Source: an uncultured Gammaproteobacteria bacterium | GTDB lineage: Bacteria; Pseudomonadota; Gammaproteobacteria; Magnimaribacterales; Magnimaribacteraceae | Direction: 5' to 3' | DNA: 64,000 bases | NCBI GenBank assembly: GCA_913031395.1 | Contig: CAJWDT010000004.1 | Location: 790 to 64,789 of the forward strand | Made by a program: the position numbers and the translations under genes | Notes under the pieces: model-generated | Seen by the model: the letters and a program-made list of their open reading frames with translations, nothing else | What the model was told of the DNA's origin: nothing | Databases searched by the model: none | Shown here: positions 10,563-20,943 of the stretch, one piece after another | How the letters are laid out: every line of letters starts with the position of its first letter | Position numbering within the stretch: position 1 is the stretch's first letter

Positions 10563-10941
10563 TATTTTTTATCAAGTTTTGAACTTGTTTATCTATCAAT
10601 GCTATAACTTCTTTAAATTCTTTATCATTCATATCTTTCGGGTCTGGTATTTCCCATTCGACTCTATCTTTTGCGCTGATATTTGGACAAGAGTCTCCGC
10701 AACCCATAAAGATTAAATAATCTACATTCTGATCAACTGTATCAATTGATTTGGAATAATGACCAGTCATTTTATGTCCTAATTCAGACATCAATTTCAT
10801 CGCTGTAGGATTGATAGTACCGGATGGCTTTGAACCGGCACTCATGACTTGATATTTACTCTTTGAATACAAATTTGCATAAGCTTCTGCAATTTGGCTT
10901 CTGCAAGAATTTTCTATGCACACGAATAGAATAGTTTTCAT
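10555..10941 (-). CDS. arsC: LMWP-family arsenate reductase (thioredoxin-type ArsC)
   Basis: LFVCIENSCRSQIAE P-loop, MGCGDSCP, WEIPDP. Confidence 0.78.
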   Translation of the reverse strand: MKTILFVCIENSCRSQIAEAYANLYSKSKYQVMSAGSKPSGTINPTAMKLMSELGHKMTGHYSKSIDTVDQNVDYLIFMGCGDSCPNISAKDRVEWEIPDPKDMNDKEFKEVIALIDKQVQNLIKNII

Positions 10942-10988
10942 AACTTAAGGTTAAATCTACTATAATTACTGAATAATTAATGTGACAA

Positions 10989-12212
10989 ATGGGGAAAATG
11001 AAAAACTTATTATTAATGACCTTATTGGTATTATCAAGCTTCTCAATATCTGCTAAGCAAATTCTTTTGGGACCTAACTCAAACTCTCAAGAAGAAATAC
11101 AAGAAGCACTGATTGACCTTGAACCTGGAGATGTTCTTACCTTGGAGCCGGGAGAATATTTTTTTGAAGACGGTATTTCACTAGATGTAAATGACGTAAT
11201 CTTTGAAGGATCCGGTATAGACAACACTATATTGGATTTTGGAGATCAGGTTTCTGGAGCACAAGGCCTTCTGGTTACATCAGATGGTGTTACGTTAAGA
11301 GATTTTGCAGTACTGGACGCAAAAGGAGATGCTATTAAAGTTATTGGTGCCGATGGAATCAGTATGATCCGTCTTAAAACAGAATGGACAGGTGGACCTA
11401 AAGAGACTAACGGAGCTTATGGTTTTTATCCTGTCGAGTCTAAAGATGTTCTGATAGATGGATGTGTAGCCATTGGTGCTTCAGATGCAGGTATTTATGT
11501 TGGACAGTCTCAAAATATCATCGTTAAGAACAGTGTAGCTCAATATAATGTGGCAGGGATCGAAATAGAAAACTCTTATTATGCCGATGTCTTTGATAAC
11601 TTAGCTTCTCATAATACTGGAGGAATTCTAGTATTTGATCTTCCTGACTTACCTCAACAAGGAGGTCATCATGTTAGAGTTTTCAGAAATAAAGCTATTA
11701 ATAATGATACTGATAACTTTGCTCCAGAAGGAAACATAGTTGGTGAAGTTCCAAGAGGGACAGGGATAATAATTCAGGCTAATTCTGATATTGAAGTATT
11801 TGATAACGACATATACGGCAATGGAACCGTCAACCTTTCAATTGTTACTTACGGTTACGAAACTGAAGATGAAAATTACAACCCTCATCCTAAATCAATA
11901 CAAATACATAACAATAGATTTGGTGATGGAGGGTTTGATCCAGATGTAGGTACAGGAGAGCTCGCGGCAATTCTATTTGAACTTTCAGATGGCGATATGC
12001 CTGATATATTTTGGGATGGTATTTTACCCATGAACCAAATGCTTTTTGGCCAACCGGATGATGAAAGGCTTGTTATTTCAAATAATGGCGACGCTACATT
12101 TTTAACACTTAACCCGATCAAGTATTTACTACCTTTTTTCGATCCAGTAGAAAGAGATATCAAGGAATATGATGGAGAGGTAAGACCTTTACCGGAGGTT
12201 ATCTTAAACTAA
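10989..12212 (+). CDS. Secreted parallel beta-helix repeat protein, function unknown
   Basis: Signal peptide (…FSISA); repeats NGAYGFYPV, GASDAGIYVGQS, NVAGIEIENS, NTGGILVFDLP typical of the family paired with SO2930-type cytochromes; start could be 10998. Confidence 0.85.
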   Translation: MGKMKNLLLMTLLVLSSFSISAKQILLGPNSNSQEEIQEALIDLEPGDVLTLEPGEYFFEDGISLDVNDVIFEGSGIDNTILDFGDQVSGAQGLLVTSDGVTLRDFAVLDAKGDAIKVIGADGISMIRLKTEWTGGPKETNGAYGFYPVESKDVLIDGCVAIGASDAGIYVGQSQNIIVKNSVAQYNVAGIEIENSYYADVFDNLASHNTGGILVFDLPDLPQQGGHHVRVFRNKAINNDTDNFAPEGNIVGEVPRGTGIIIQANSDIEVFDNDIYGNGTVNLSIVTYGYETEDENYNPHPKSIQIHNNRFGDGGFDPDVGTGELAAILFELSDGDMPDIFWDGILPMNQMLFGQPDDERLVISNNGDATFLTLNPIKYLLPFFDPVERDIKEYDGEVRPLPEVILN

Positions 12213-12217
12213 TAATA

Positions 12218-13249
12218 ATGAAAAAGACCTCGTTATTATTATCAATAGTTTTTTCTATAACATCTCTCTATGCTGTTGATAATGAATTAATTTTAGAGAA
12301 AAAATTTCCAAAAAAACTTTCAGATTTTCATTTTTTTAAAGATACCCATGCTCAAATCCCTTCTAAAGGAGTTGTGCCTTATGAATTAATTTCTTCTTTG
12401 TTTTCTGACTATTCTTATAAGCAAAGATGGGTCTATATACCGGAAGGTAAAAAAGCTTCTTTTAGAAAAGATAAGGTGTTTGATTTTCCGGTTGGTTCTG
12501 CACTAATTAAAACCTTTTATTATCCAATTGATGAAAGAAACTTATCTCTCGGTAAGAAGCTCATGGAGACTAGATTACTTTTAAGGAAGCAGAATGGTTG
12601 GGAAGCAGTTTCTTATGCCTGGAATGAAAACCAAGACGAAGCAATTATAAAAAAAGCTGGCAAGACAATATTAACTGATTGGATAGATTTTAAAGGGGAG
12701 AATCGTTCAGTACGCTATAGAGTGCCTAATAAAAATCAATGTAAAGAATGTCATTCAAATAATGATGCTGTAATGCCGATTGGGCCCAAGGCTAGAAATC
12801 TAAATAAAATTTATGATTATCAAGATGAATCTATTAATCAATTAACTAAATGGATGAAGCTAGACTACATAGATAATATCCAGACTGATCTTAATACACC
12901 TGTTGATTGGGAGGATGCTAGCCATTCTCTAGAGGAAAGAGTCAGATCCTATTTAGATATAAATTGTGGACACTGTCATATTTCAACTGGGGGAGCTAAT
13001 TCAACAGGACTTTATTTAGATTTGACCGAGAGCAGATCAACTCACTTAGGGATTAATAAAAAACCAGTAGCCACTGGTAGAGGAAGTGGAGGTCATGAAT
13101 TTTCTATCTCACCCGGAAAGGCAGAAGAATCCATTCTTCTTTATAGGATGATTTCAACTGACCCTGGAGTTATGATGCCAGAGTCTGGTAGATCTTTAAC
13201 TCATACCGAAGCTATTGAGATGATAGAAGATTGGATAAGTTCTATGTAA
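12218..13249 (+). CDS. SO2930-family diheme c-type cytochrome
   Basis: Signal peptide; two CxxCH motifs (CKECH, CGHCH); LFSDY, FPVGS-LIKTF, ETRLL, MMP motifs. Confidence 0.85.
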   Translation: MKKTSLLLSIVFSITSLYAVDNELILEKKFPKKLSDFHFFKDTHAQIPSKGVVPYELISSLFSDYSYKQRWVYIPEGKKASFRKDKVFDFPVGSALIKTFYYPIDERNLSLGKKLMETRLLLRKQNGWEAVSYAWNENQDEAIIKKAGKTILTDWIDFKGENRSVRYRVPNKNQCKECHSNNDAVMPIGPKARNLNKIYDYQDESINQLTKWMKLDYIDNIQTDLNTPVDWEDASHSLEERVRSYLDINCGHCHISTGGANSTGLYLDLTESRSTHLGINKKPVATGRGSGGHEFSISPGKAEESILLYRMISTDPGVMMPESGRSLTHTEAIEMIEDWISSM

Positions 13250-13298
13250 CCTATACTTCTCTTAATGAAGACTATAAAATTAAATAACGGATAAAGAA

Positions 13299-14444
13299 AT
13301 GAGTGATAGAGAAAACCTACTTAATAATCTGAAGATAGACAGATCTGCTGCACCTTCAGAAGAAGACTTACCTTCAAATAGGCTTTATATGCTTGGAGCT
13401 GCAGTCTTATTGGTAAGTTTTTTTTGGTGGCTATTTTTATCAGATGACGAGCTTAAAGAAGTCACTACTTTTACAGTTAAATCTCTCCAAATGTCTGATT
13501 CCTCTGCCACGAGTATCCTTGATGCCTCTGGCTATGTAGTTGCCAGAAGAAGAGCTACCGTTTCATCTAAGATGACTGGAAAAGTTATGAAGGTGTTCAT
13601 AGAGGAAGGAATGCAGGTAGAAGAGGGCCAAATCCTAGCTCAACTAGATGACAGTACTATGGTGGCAGATCTTAACTACTCACAGTCTCAGCTTAATGAG
13701 GCTAAGCGTGTTTTCAATAGAACCAGAGAACTTGCAAAAGAAGAACTGGCAAGTCAAGCCTCTCTAGATTCAGCTAGAGCAGCTGTTGAAGGATTAGAGG
13801 CTCTCAATGCCGTTAGAAAGCAGGTTGTACAGGATATGAAGATATTGGCTCCTTTTAGCGGTGTTGTGGTCTACAAAGCAGCACAACCCGGTGAAATGAT
13901 ATCGCCTGTTTCAGCTGGAGGTGGTTTTACAAATACTGGTATTTGTACAATTGTCGATATGGACTCTTTAGAGGTAGAAGTTGACGTAAATGAAGCTTTT
14001 ATAAACAGAGTTAAACCAGGGCAGCCCGTCATCACCAATCTAAATGCATATCCCAAATGGGATATACCATCAGAAGTCATAGCAATTATTCCTACAGCTG
14101 ATAGGAATAAAGCTACTGTTAAAGTTAGAATCGCACTCTTAGAAAAAGATGAAAGAGTTCTTCCTGATATGGGAAGCAGGGTTTCCTTTTTGAAAAAAGT
14201 AGAGACTCAAAGCCGTGAAGAGGTAAAAGAGGGAGTCATGATTCCTTTGGCAGCTTTAGCCATTTTGGAAGATCAGTCTACCGTTCAAGTAATTGATGGA
14301 TCTCAGATTAAACTTACAAGAGTTAAAGTTGCTGAAGAAACGGCTAACTATGCAAGAATAATAGAGGGCCTGTCTTCTGGCATGACTGTAGTAGCAAAGT
14401 TCGATAAAGAATTAGAAAATAATCAAAAAGTAATAATTAAATAA
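13299..14444 (+). CDS. Membrane fusion protein (periplasmic adaptor of ABC exporter)
   Basis: N-terminal TM, lipoyl-like halves (G-VEEGQILAQLD; ILAPFSGVV), IIPTADRNKATVKVRI. Confidence 0.92.
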   Translation: MSDRENLLNNLKIDRSAAPSEEDLPSNRLYMLGAAVLLVSFFWWLFLSDDELKEVTTFTVKSLQMSDSSATSILDASGYVVARRRATVSSKMTGKVMKVFIEEGMQVEEGQILAQLDDSTMVADLNYSQSQLNEAKRVFNRTRELAKEELASQASLDSARAAVEGLEALNAVRKQVVQDMKILAPFSGVVVYKAAQPGEMISPVSAGGGFTNTGICTIVDMDSLEVEVDVNEAFINRVKPGQPVITNLNAYPKWDIPSEVIAIIPTADRNKATVKVRIALLEKDERVLPDMGSRVSFLKKVETQSREEVKEGVMIPLAALAILEDQSTVQVIDGSQIKLTRVKVAEETANYARIIEGLSSGMTVVAKFDKELENNQKVIIK

Positions 14445-14456
14445 AAAGAGGTAACA

Positions 14457-15131
14457 ATGTCCAACTTAATTGAAGTTCAATCCGTTAATAAAACATACAA
14501 AAGAGGAGGAGAGACTCTAGTTGTATTGGATGATCTAAGCTTAGAAGTCCCTAAGGGAGACTATCTTGCTCTTATGGGACCATCTGGATCAGGAAAATCT
14601 ACACTCTTAAATTTGATTGGAGGGCTCGATTCCCCAACATCTGGTCAAGTAGTTATCAATGGAGAACACCTAGAGAAGATGGGCGCATCTGCCCTAAGTG
14701 ATTGGAGGGCTAGCAATGTTGGTTTTATATTTCAGTTCTATAATCTTCTTCCCGTACTTACAGCGAATAAGAATGTTGAGATACCTCTTCTTTTAACTAA
14801 TCTATCAGGCTCCCAAAGAAAAACGCATGTAGAAACTGCACTGAATGTGGTTGGTTTATCTGATAGAGGTGGTCACAAGCCAAATGAATTGTCTGGTGGA
14901 CAACAACAAAGAGTAGCAATAGCTAGAGCTTTAGTTTCTGATCCCGATATATTAGTTTGTGATGAACCAACAGGTGACTTAGACAGAGATACAGCTACAG
15001 AAATTTTGGAACTCCTGCAAATCTTAAATCGTGACCATGGCAAAACGATTTTGATGGTGACTCATGACCCTGTGGCGGCTGAATCAGCAAAAAGAACCTT
15101 GCACCTAGATAAAGGAAAACTTACCAATTAA
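14457..15131 (+). CDS. ABC transporter ATP-binding protein (MacB/LolD family)
   Basis: GPSGSGKST, FQFYNL, LSGGQQQRVAIAR, DEPTGDLD, VTHD. Confidence 0.95.
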   Translation: MSNLIEVQSVNKTYKRGGETLVVLDDLSLEVPKGDYLALMGPSGSGKSTLLNLIGGLDSPTSGQVVINGEHLEKMGASALSDWRASNVGFIFQFYNLLPVLTANKNVEIPLLLTNLSGSQRKTHVETALNVVGLSDRGGHKPNELSGGQQQRVAIARALVSDPDILVCDEPTGDLDRDTATEILELLQILNRDHGKTILMVTHDPVAAESAKRTLHLDKGKLTN

Positions 15132-16283
15132 ATGTATTGGACTTTAGTCAAGATTGGATTAATTAGAAAAAGGTTAAGAACCTTTTTAACAATTATGTCG
15201 ATGTTTATTGCCTTCGTTCTCTACGGATCTTTAAATACTCTTTCAGGCCTCTTTACAGGCTCTATAGAGGGTCTTTCTGCAGATAACGTGATGGTAATGC
15301 CAAGATATGATATGTTCGGAAAACTCCCTTATTCGCATGTTAATTATATAGAAACACTAGAGGGTGTAGAGGAAGTGATGTATATGGATTTTCTTATATC
15401 CGATAGCATTGAAAGCATGATGGAGGGCGTAGCTTATGCTGTCAGTCCAAATTTTTTTGAAGTGTATGATCGATTCGAAACAACAGAACAAGCTGAACTT
15501 GCTTTAAGAAATAATCCAAATGGCACAATTGTTGGACAACTCATGGCAGATCAGAAGGGTTTAAGAATTGGAGATCGACTAAACACAGAATCATCATCAT
15601 TAAATATAGATGGAACAAATAATTGGTCCTTTGAGGTTGTAGGTTTCTATACAGCGAAACAAATTAAAGGTGATGAATTAGGAGCAATAATTAATTGGCC
15701 TGCCTTTGATGAGGCAAGAATGAGCCAAAAGGGCACTTTGGGCATGATCATGGTCAAGGCTTCATCTGCTGAAGCGGGTGAGAAAATATCGAAACAGATA
15801 GATGAGCACTTTAAGAACTCCTCTTACGCAACTAGATCAGGCCCTGAATCAATGGTTGCGGTGGAAATGGCTGGAGAAATTGCAGATGTTGAATTAATTG
15901 TTAACTCAATACTTTTATCTGTTTTTTTTACTATTTTATTGGTCTCATCAAATACGCTTGCCCAATCGATCAGAGAAAGAACAAGTGATATAGGCGTCTT
16001 GAAGTGTTTGGGTTATAAAGATTTAACAATTTTTTCTTCGGTTATATTGGAAGCAATCACCATATGCCTTACGGCAGTTATAGCTGGGCTCGCGGTGACG
16101 TTATCGCTTGTCCCGTTGATGGAGTCAATGAGTGGTGGAATGTTGGAAAATACAGTTTCAGTAACACCAAGTATTATTATTGGGGGTTTTTTGATAGGTA
16201 TAGTTATTGCGTTTATGTCAGCTGCCGTACCGGCTTATCAGGCTTTACGATTAAAAGTAGTTGATGCTTTGAGGGAAGGTTAA
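15132..16283 (+). CDS. MacB/FtsX-like ABC permease 1
   Basis: RTFLT + TM1, large periplasmic domain, ERTSDIGVLKCLGY, three C-terminal TMs, VVDALR. Confidence 0.9.
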   Translation: MYWTLVKIGLIRKRLRTFLTIMSMFIAFVLYGSLNTLSGLFTGSIEGLSADNVMVMPRYDMFGKLPYSHVNYIETLEGVEEVMYMDFLISDSIESMMEGVAYAVSPNFFEVYDRFETTEQAELALRNNPNGTIVGQLMADQKGLRIGDRLNTESSSLNIDGTNNWSFEVVGFYTAKQIKGDELGAIINWPAFDEARMSQKGTLGMIMVKASSAEAGEKISKQIDEHFKNSSYATRSGPESMVAVEMAGEIADVELIVNSILLSVFFTILLVSSNTLAQSIRERTSDIGVLKCLGYKDLTIFSSVILEAITICLTAVIAGLAVTLSLVPLMESMSGGMLENTVSVTPSIIIGGFLIGIVIAFMSAAVPAYQALRLKVVDALREG

Positions 16284-17431
16284 TGAAATATTGGATGATA
16301 GTTAAATCAGGTATTAATCGTAAAAAGATTAGAACCTTTATGACAGTTTTTTCGATAGCTACTGCTTTCCTGCTATTTTCTCTAGGAAGATCAGTTGCTG
16401 TTGCTTTTAATAGTGAAGTTGATTTTGCTGGAAACGATAGGCTGATAGTTGTCTCTCGTTTAGCGTTTACAGAATCATTACCCATGGCTCACAAGAACAG
16501 AATACAAGCTGTAGAAGGGGTAGATACTGTGGTATGGCGTCAATGGTTTGGAGGCACTTACAAAGATAGACAAAACTTTTTCCCAAAATGGCCTGTTCCT
16601 GAAAATTATTTTGATGTTTATCCTGAATGGGAACTCAGTGAAGGAGCACAAGAAGCTTTCTCACGAAACATAACAGGAATGATTGTAGGGAAAGACTTGG
16701 CCGATAAGTTTGGATGGAAAATTGGAGACAGGATTCCTATCATTGCTGATATATGGCCTAAGAAGGGTGGAGGAGTTTGGGAATTCGATTTGGTAGGTAC
16801 GTACACAAACAGTGTCAGTGAAGAGCAAAATGAAGCTTTCATAAATTGGAAATATTTTGATGAAGCTAGACTTTATGAAACTGGTCGACCTGGGAATTAT
16901 ATTGTAAAGATAAAGAATCCAGATCAAGCTGAATCTATAGCAAAAGAGATAGATGGGCTTTTTATGAACTCTTTAGATGAAACTAAAACCTCAACAGAAG
17001 AGGCTTTTAGTAGAATGTTTGCTGAACAGATTGGCAATATAGGTCTAATAATAAATTCAGTCTTAGCTGCTTCATTTTTCACTATTCTCTTGCTCACAGG
17101 AAACACTATGAGTCAGGCGGTACGAGATAGGACACCTGAACTTGGAGCATTGAAGGCTGTCGGTTTTTCAGATCGACTAATTATGCTCTTTATTTTAGCC
17201 GAATCTTTCTTTTTATGTGTTGCAGGGGCTTTGATAGGAGTTCTTATAGCTTACCTTCTGTTCCCACTCTTTTCTGGCGTGGCCATAGGTTTTTCAGGAG
17301 AGATAGAATTTTCGATATCCATTGTAATAAGTGCAATTTTGGTAGCTTTCGTAACTGCTGTTATCTCAGGTGTGATACCTGCCTATTCGGCAATGAGACT
17401 AAATGTAGTAGATGCTTTAAGGAAAAATTAA
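16283..17431 (+). CDS. MacB/FtsX-like ABC permease 2
   Basis: Same topology; DRTPELGALKAVGF; paralogous to permease 1. Confidence 0.9.
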   Translation: MKYWMIVKSGINRKKIRTFMTVFSIATAFLLFSLGRSVAVAFNSEVDFAGNDRLIVVSRLAFTESLPMAHKNRIQAVEGVDTVVWRQWFGGTYKDRQNFFPKWPVPENYFDVYPEWELSEGAQEAFSRNITGMIVGKDLADKFGWKIGDRIPIIADIWPKKGGGVWEFDLVGTYTNSVSEEQNEAFINWKYFDEARLYETGRPGNYIVKIKNPDQAESIAKEIDGLFMNSLDETKTSTEEAFSRMFAEQIGNIGLIINSVLAASFFTILLLTGNTMSQAVRDRTPELGALKAVGFSDRLIMLFILAESFFLCVAGALIGVLIAYLLFPLFSGVAIGFSGEIEFSISIVISAILVAFVTAVISGVIPAYSAMRLNVVDALRKN

Positions 17432-17432
17432 T

Positions 17433-18617
17433 ATGAGTTTTATAAGACAAGTGTTATCCGTAACCAGTATGAACCTGAGATCCATTCTTGAGAGATCTGG
17501 GTCTTCATTTGTAATTATAATCGGAATAGCAGGTTCTGTTGCTGTCATGGTATCTCTTCTGGCTATGGCTGAAGGTCTCAGTTCTACTATTTCTAATACC
17601 GGTCAGGACGATAGGGTAATAATATTGAGAGATGGTTCAAGTTCTGAATTAAGTAGTGGAGTGGCAATGACAGAGGTGGACACTGTATCTAGCTCCCCAG
17701 GAATTAAGAGCCTCGATGGTGATCCAATGATCGCCGGAGAATTATTCGCGATCATAGACTTAACAAAGAAAGGTGCTGATTCAACTTCCAATTTACCATT
17801 TAGAGGTGTTGAGCCGATGAGCTTTACAATTAGACCAGAACTAACAATTATAGAGGGTAGAAACTTCACGAGTGGAACGGCTGAAATAATTGTTGGTAAA
17901 GGCGCTAATAATCAATACGAAGGTTTGGATATAGGCGATCAAATTAAAGTAAGAGATAGTTTCGCTACTGTGGTTGGTATCTTTTCTACTAATGGTGATG
18001 TTCATGAATCTGAAATATGGTCTGATCTTGCAGCTGCTCAAGGAATATTCAGAAGAGGTGCTATAGCTTCTAGTATGATTTTAAAATTAGAAAATAAAGA
18101 ATCGTTCGATGAAGTAGGTCTTTTTGTTGAAAGCTATCCTAACTTAGAATTAAAAGTCCAGACTGAAACTAGTTTTTATGACGATCAATCTTCGGGCGCA
18201 GATCTAATCAAAATATTTGGTCAGGTTGTGGGTTACATTATGGCAATTGGTGCTGTTTTTGCAGCACTGAATACTATGTATAGCGCTGTATCAACTAGAC
18301 TAGTTGAAATTGGAACCTTGAGAGCACTGGGATTTAAAGGGACTACAGTACTTGCAGCTCTAATGATCGAAGCTTTGATATTAGCTATGGCTGGTGGACT
18401 TCTTGGAGCTGCTATTGCTTATATTTTATTTAATGGTTATACCGTATCTACTTTAGCAGGAGGATCTTTTTCTCAAACAGCTTTTGCTTTTGCAGTGACA
18501 GGAGAAGTTGTCCAACAAGGGTTAACATTGGCTCTATTTGTAGGTTTTATTGGTGGTGTTTTCCCGGCGTGGAATGCAGCTAGAAGGGATATTACCGAAG
18601 CTCTAAGATCAATTTAA
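17433..18617 (+). CDS. MacB/FtsX-like ABC permease 3
   Basis: Same topology; NTMYSAVSTRLVEIGTLRALGF, FPAWNAAR. Confidence 0.9.
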   Translation: MSFIRQVLSVTSMNLRSILERSGSSFVIIIGIAGSVAVMVSLLAMAEGLSSTISNTGQDDRVIILRDGSSSELSSGVAMTEVDTVSSSPGIKSLDGDPMIAGELFAIIDLTKKGADSTSNLPFRGVEPMSFTIRPELTIIEGRNFTSGTAEIIVGKGANNQYEGLDIGDQIKVRDSFATVVGIFSTNGDVHESEIWSDLAAAQGIFRRGAIASSMILKLENKESFDEVGLFVESYPNLELKVQTETSFYDDQSSGADLIKIFGQVVGYIMAIGAVFAALNTMYSAVSTRLVEIGTLRALGFKGTTVLAALMIEALILAMAGGLLGAAIAYILFNGYTVSTLAGGSFSQTAFAFAVTGEVVQQGLTLALFVGFIGGVFPAWNAARRDITEALRSI

Positions 18618-19096
18618 GATAGATTAAGCTTTTGTTTGCTTAATAAAAGCCCATTGTTGTCTGCATAGACGTAATCTCCAGCACAAAAGGTCAATCCGCC
18701 AAAAGATATATCTATTCCCACTTGTCCTTGGTTTTTCTTTTCACTTCTGACGGGCATTGTACCTAAAGCTTGAACACCTATATCTAACTTACTGAGGATG
18801 TCGATATCTCTTACGTAGCCGTTTATTACTATCCCACTCCAGTTATTCTTTACTCCTGCTTCTGCGATCATATCTCCTAGAAGTGCAACTGAGGATATAC
18901 CTTTCGCATCTACAACTAAAACTTTTCCTTCACCCTCTGAATTAAAAAGTTCTTTTACAAATGAGTTATCATCAGGGCATTGAAGAGTTTCAATTTTTCC
19001 CCAGAAAACTTTTTTGCCTCCTAAGTTTTTTAGAATAGGGGAAAGAGCCCTTGCCTCTGGATTTTCATCAGACAAATCAGGAGTGTTAAAAGACAT
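18614..19096 (-). CDS. rraA: RraA/MenG family protein (HMG aldolase / RNase E regulator A family)
   Basis: DDNSFVK, GKVLVVD, ALLGD, GIVINGYVRD, YADNNG. Confidence 0.85.
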   Translation of the reverse strand: MSFNTPDLSDENPEARALSPILKNLGGKKVFWGKIETLQCPDDNSFVKELFNSEGEGKVLVVDAKGISSVALLGDMIAEAGVKNNWSGIVINGYVRDIDILSKLDIGVQALGTMPVRSEKKNQGQVGIDISFGGLTFCAGDYVYADNNGLLLSKQKLNLS

Positions 19097-19108
19097 AGAG
19101 AGTCTGTT

Positions 19109-20824
19109 TTAAGCGCTTATCGCCTCAGCAGTTCTTTCGCCTCTTAAAACAGTACCAGGCAGTTCACCAGTGGCTTCATCATTTCTAAAAGTTACAATTC
19201 CGCTTTTGATGGTTGCTATATAGCCACCGGCCTTTTGAATAATTCTTCTACTGCCAGTGGGTAGATCATGAACCATCTCAGGTTTGTATACACACAAATT
19301 TTCATGATCAATTATATTTATATCAGCCATATATCCTTCTTTAATTTGACCTCTATCCATTAAACCAAAGGTTTCTGCAGTCTCTTTTGTTTGTTTTCTT
19401 ATCAAAAATTCTAGAGGAATTTTCTCTCCCTTTACTCTATCTCTAGTGTAATGGGCTATATTCCAAGTTGGCATACTGGCATCACATATAAGACCACAAT
19501 GAGCACCTCCGTCACTAAGACCAGCAACTGAGCTGTTAAATTCCATCATCATCTTGTACGTATCTAGATTATGATCAGGGTAAGGAGAAAAAGGAGCCCA
19601 TACGAAGGTTTTTCCATCGTTTTTAAGAAGTTCTTCATACATCACTTCCATAACAGACTTGTTTGAGCTTTCTGCTATACCAGCAATACTTGCTTCATAA
19701 GAAGGTTCATAGTCAGGTATTTCATCCATTGGGAACTGTTTATCAAACGCAGTCATAAGAGTATAAATCATATGGTTTTTATCGACGGCAGGTTCCTCAG
19801 AAAGGATTTGTTCTTTAAAGGATTCATCTTTCATTGCGTTCACTTTCTCTTCTAAAGATTTATTAGCGATTTGTGCGTAACTAGGATGTGCAATAAAGGG
19901 ATGGACTGTTGACTCTAAACTAAACAGCATACCTGTTGGTCTGCCAGGAAATTGAGGTCTTATTTTTACTCCCTTAGAAAAATTTTCTTCGCAATATTTC
20001 CATGTTTCAACTGGATTACCACCCGTTTGAGCATAAGTAAGTGTTCTATCAGACTTCTCTACAAATTCTTTAACCCAGTCTAATTCAATATCTTGATCCA
20101 TCCAGTCAGAAACTATTTCTAACGTACCTTGGCCTAAATCTGCAATAGTATTTGCAATCTTTCTCATTTCTTTTGCAGTTGCCTCAGTTCCTGGAACATA
20201 CTCACCGAATTTATCTCTGTGGAGATAAGTTCTTGATGTACTAAATCCAAGAGCACCAGCCTCAATAGCTTCTTTGGTTATTTCAGCCATTTGATCTATC
20301 TCACTATCCGAAGCCTCTTCTTTACCCTGGCATCTATCCATTCCCATAACATATGATCTTATTGGGCCATGTCCAATCATGGCACCAACATCCATGGCGT
20401 AATTCTTTTTTCCAATAGAATCAAGGTATTCAGGAAAGCTTTCCCAATCCCAGCTAACGCCTTCATTTAAGGCTACTCCAGGGATATCTTCTACCCCTTC
20501 CATTAGCTGTACCAAAAATTCCTCTGTTCCTGGTTTCACTGGCGCAAAGCCAACGCCGCAATTACCCATTACCACTGTAGTAACTCCATGCCAGCAAGAG
20601 GGAGTAAGATATTCATCCCAGCAAACTTGTCCGTCATAGTGTGTATGTATATCAACCCATCCAGGAGTAACAAGATTTCCTTCTGCATCAATCTCCTTGT
20701 TCCCAACAGATTCAACTTTTCCGATCTTAACTATTCTATCTCCAGAAATAGCAATATCTCCCATGAACGATGCTTGGCCACTTCCATCGACAATCTTTCC
20801 ATTTCTTATAACTAAGTCATACAT
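19109..20824 (-). CDS. N-acyl-D-amino-acid deacylase family amidohydrolase
   Basis: [38 protein letters not shown]. Confidence 0.88.
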   Translation of the reverse strand: MYDLVIRNGKIVDGSGQASFMGDIAISGDRIVKIGKVESVGNKEIDAEGNLVTPGWVDIHTHYDGQVCWDEYLTPSCWHGVTTVVMGNCGVGFAPVKPGTEEFLVQLMEGVEDIPGVALNEGVSWDWESFPEYLDSIGKKNYAMDVGAMIGHGPIRSYVMGMDRCQGKEEASDSEIDQMAEITKEAIEAGALGFSTSRTYLHRDKFGEYVPGTEATAKEMRKIANTIADLGQGTLEIVSDWMDQDIELDWVKEFVEKSDRTLTYAQTGGNPVETWKYCEENFSKGVKIRPQFPGRPTGMLFSLESTVHPFIAHPSYAQIANKSLEEKVNAMKDESFKEQILSEEPAVDKNHMIYTLMTAFDKQFPMDEIPDYEPSYEASIAGIAESSNKSVMEVMYEELLKNDGKTFVWAPFSPYPDHNLDTYKMMMEFNSSVAGLSDGGAHCGLICDASMPTWNIAHYTRDRVKGEKIPLEFLIRKQTKETAETFGLMDRGQIKEGYMADINIIDHENLCVYKPEMVHDLPTGSRRIIQKAGGYIATIKSGIVTFRNDEATGELPGTVLRGERTAEAISA

Positions 20825-20943
20825 AACTTTTACCCCAATAAAATTTAATTAACCATATTAATATTTTTTTTGTACACTTCAAAACTAAATAATACATAAA
20901 AAAATAACTTATTTATCGAAAGATAAATTATCTAGGAGGATTT

